In this document: one piece after another, positions 35,505 to 35,849 of the stretch
Layout: each line of letters opens with the position of its first letter
Position numbering within the stretch: the first letter of the stretch is position 1
Assembly (NCBI GenBank): GCA_945859975.1
Contig: CAMAPH010000031.1
Coordinates: forward strand, 1-35,849
Direction: 5' to 3'
DNA: 35,849 bases
Source of the DNA: Chthonomonas calidirosea
GTDB taxonomy: Bacteria; Armatimonadota; Fimbriimonadia; Fimbriimonadales; Fimbriimonadaceae
Program-made: the position numbers and the translations under genes
Notes under the pieces: generated by a model
Databases searched by the model: none
Told to the model about the DNA's origin: nothing
What the model saw: only the letters and a program-made list of their open reading frames with translations

Positions 35505-35849
35505 TCACTTCGCGCGAGGATACAAGTCGATCACATCGGGGTGATCGTAATTGATGAAAATGACGCTGTAGTCGTTCGGCTCGCCTCGACGTCGCTCTAC
35601 GGCAATCGCGCCGCTGTCGGTCAAATTCGTTATGAGAGCCTTGCGTTCGAACTCGGCCAAAAGCGGCATTTCGAACCGCAGCTTGTGGAGATACGGCGTC
35701 ACCCAGACTTCGCGCTTGTCGCCAAAGTAGCGGAGCATGATTTCAAGCGCGGTGCGCTCGTTCTCATCTTCCAGCTTCATCCACTTCTCAAACTTGACCG
35801 GAGAGTTCGTAGCGGGAGCCGGCATGAGTTCGGTCTGCGCTCGAAGGCC
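35505..35849 (-). CDS. C-terminal part of a hypothetical protein (5' end outside window)
   Basis: The frame stays open from Met 35825 to the window edge (GLRAQTEL-M). It ends INYDHPDV, reminiscent of the C-termini of some NYN-domain proteins (weak). Confidence 0.6.
   Translation of the reverse strand, partial: GLRAQTELMPAPATNSPVKFEKWMKLEDENERTALEIMLRYFGDKREVWVTPYLHKLRFEMPLLAEFERKALITNLTDSGAIAVERRRGEPNDYSVIFINYDHPDVIDLYPRAK

Overview
A gene-dense, moderately GC-rich bacterial chromosomal window with about 34 CDS. I found no rRNA, tRNA, CRISPR array, IS or prophage. Gene style suggests an Armatimonadota (Fimbriimonas-like) organism, but this is inference only. Housekeeping content: the end of an FKBP gene, family-5 UDG, a livK-H-M-G transporter without livF, 2-oxoacid dehydrogenase E1 alpha/beta (probably branched-chain), folC, a GH4 alpha-galactosidase cluster, an rpiB-pgi-gnd-zwf-pgl operon and glyA. 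The unusual items are at protein-architecture level: (1) an 1124-aa K+-independent membrane pyrophosphatase with a signal-peptide-like N-terminus and a ~330-aa extracytoplasmic insertion; (2) an ArgC-like protein lacking the catalytic Cys; (3) a GIDE-LemA fusion; (4) a GT-C glycosyltransferase / ECF sigma / STN-domain anti-sigma module; (5) a membrane protein with four CxxC motifs and an L7/L12-CTD-like domain; (6) a Cys-free LolA-thioredoxin fusion. Several genes also have -10 boxes 5-7 nt before the start codon, suggesting leaderless mRNAs. All family calls come from motif recognition by eye; no database searches were run.
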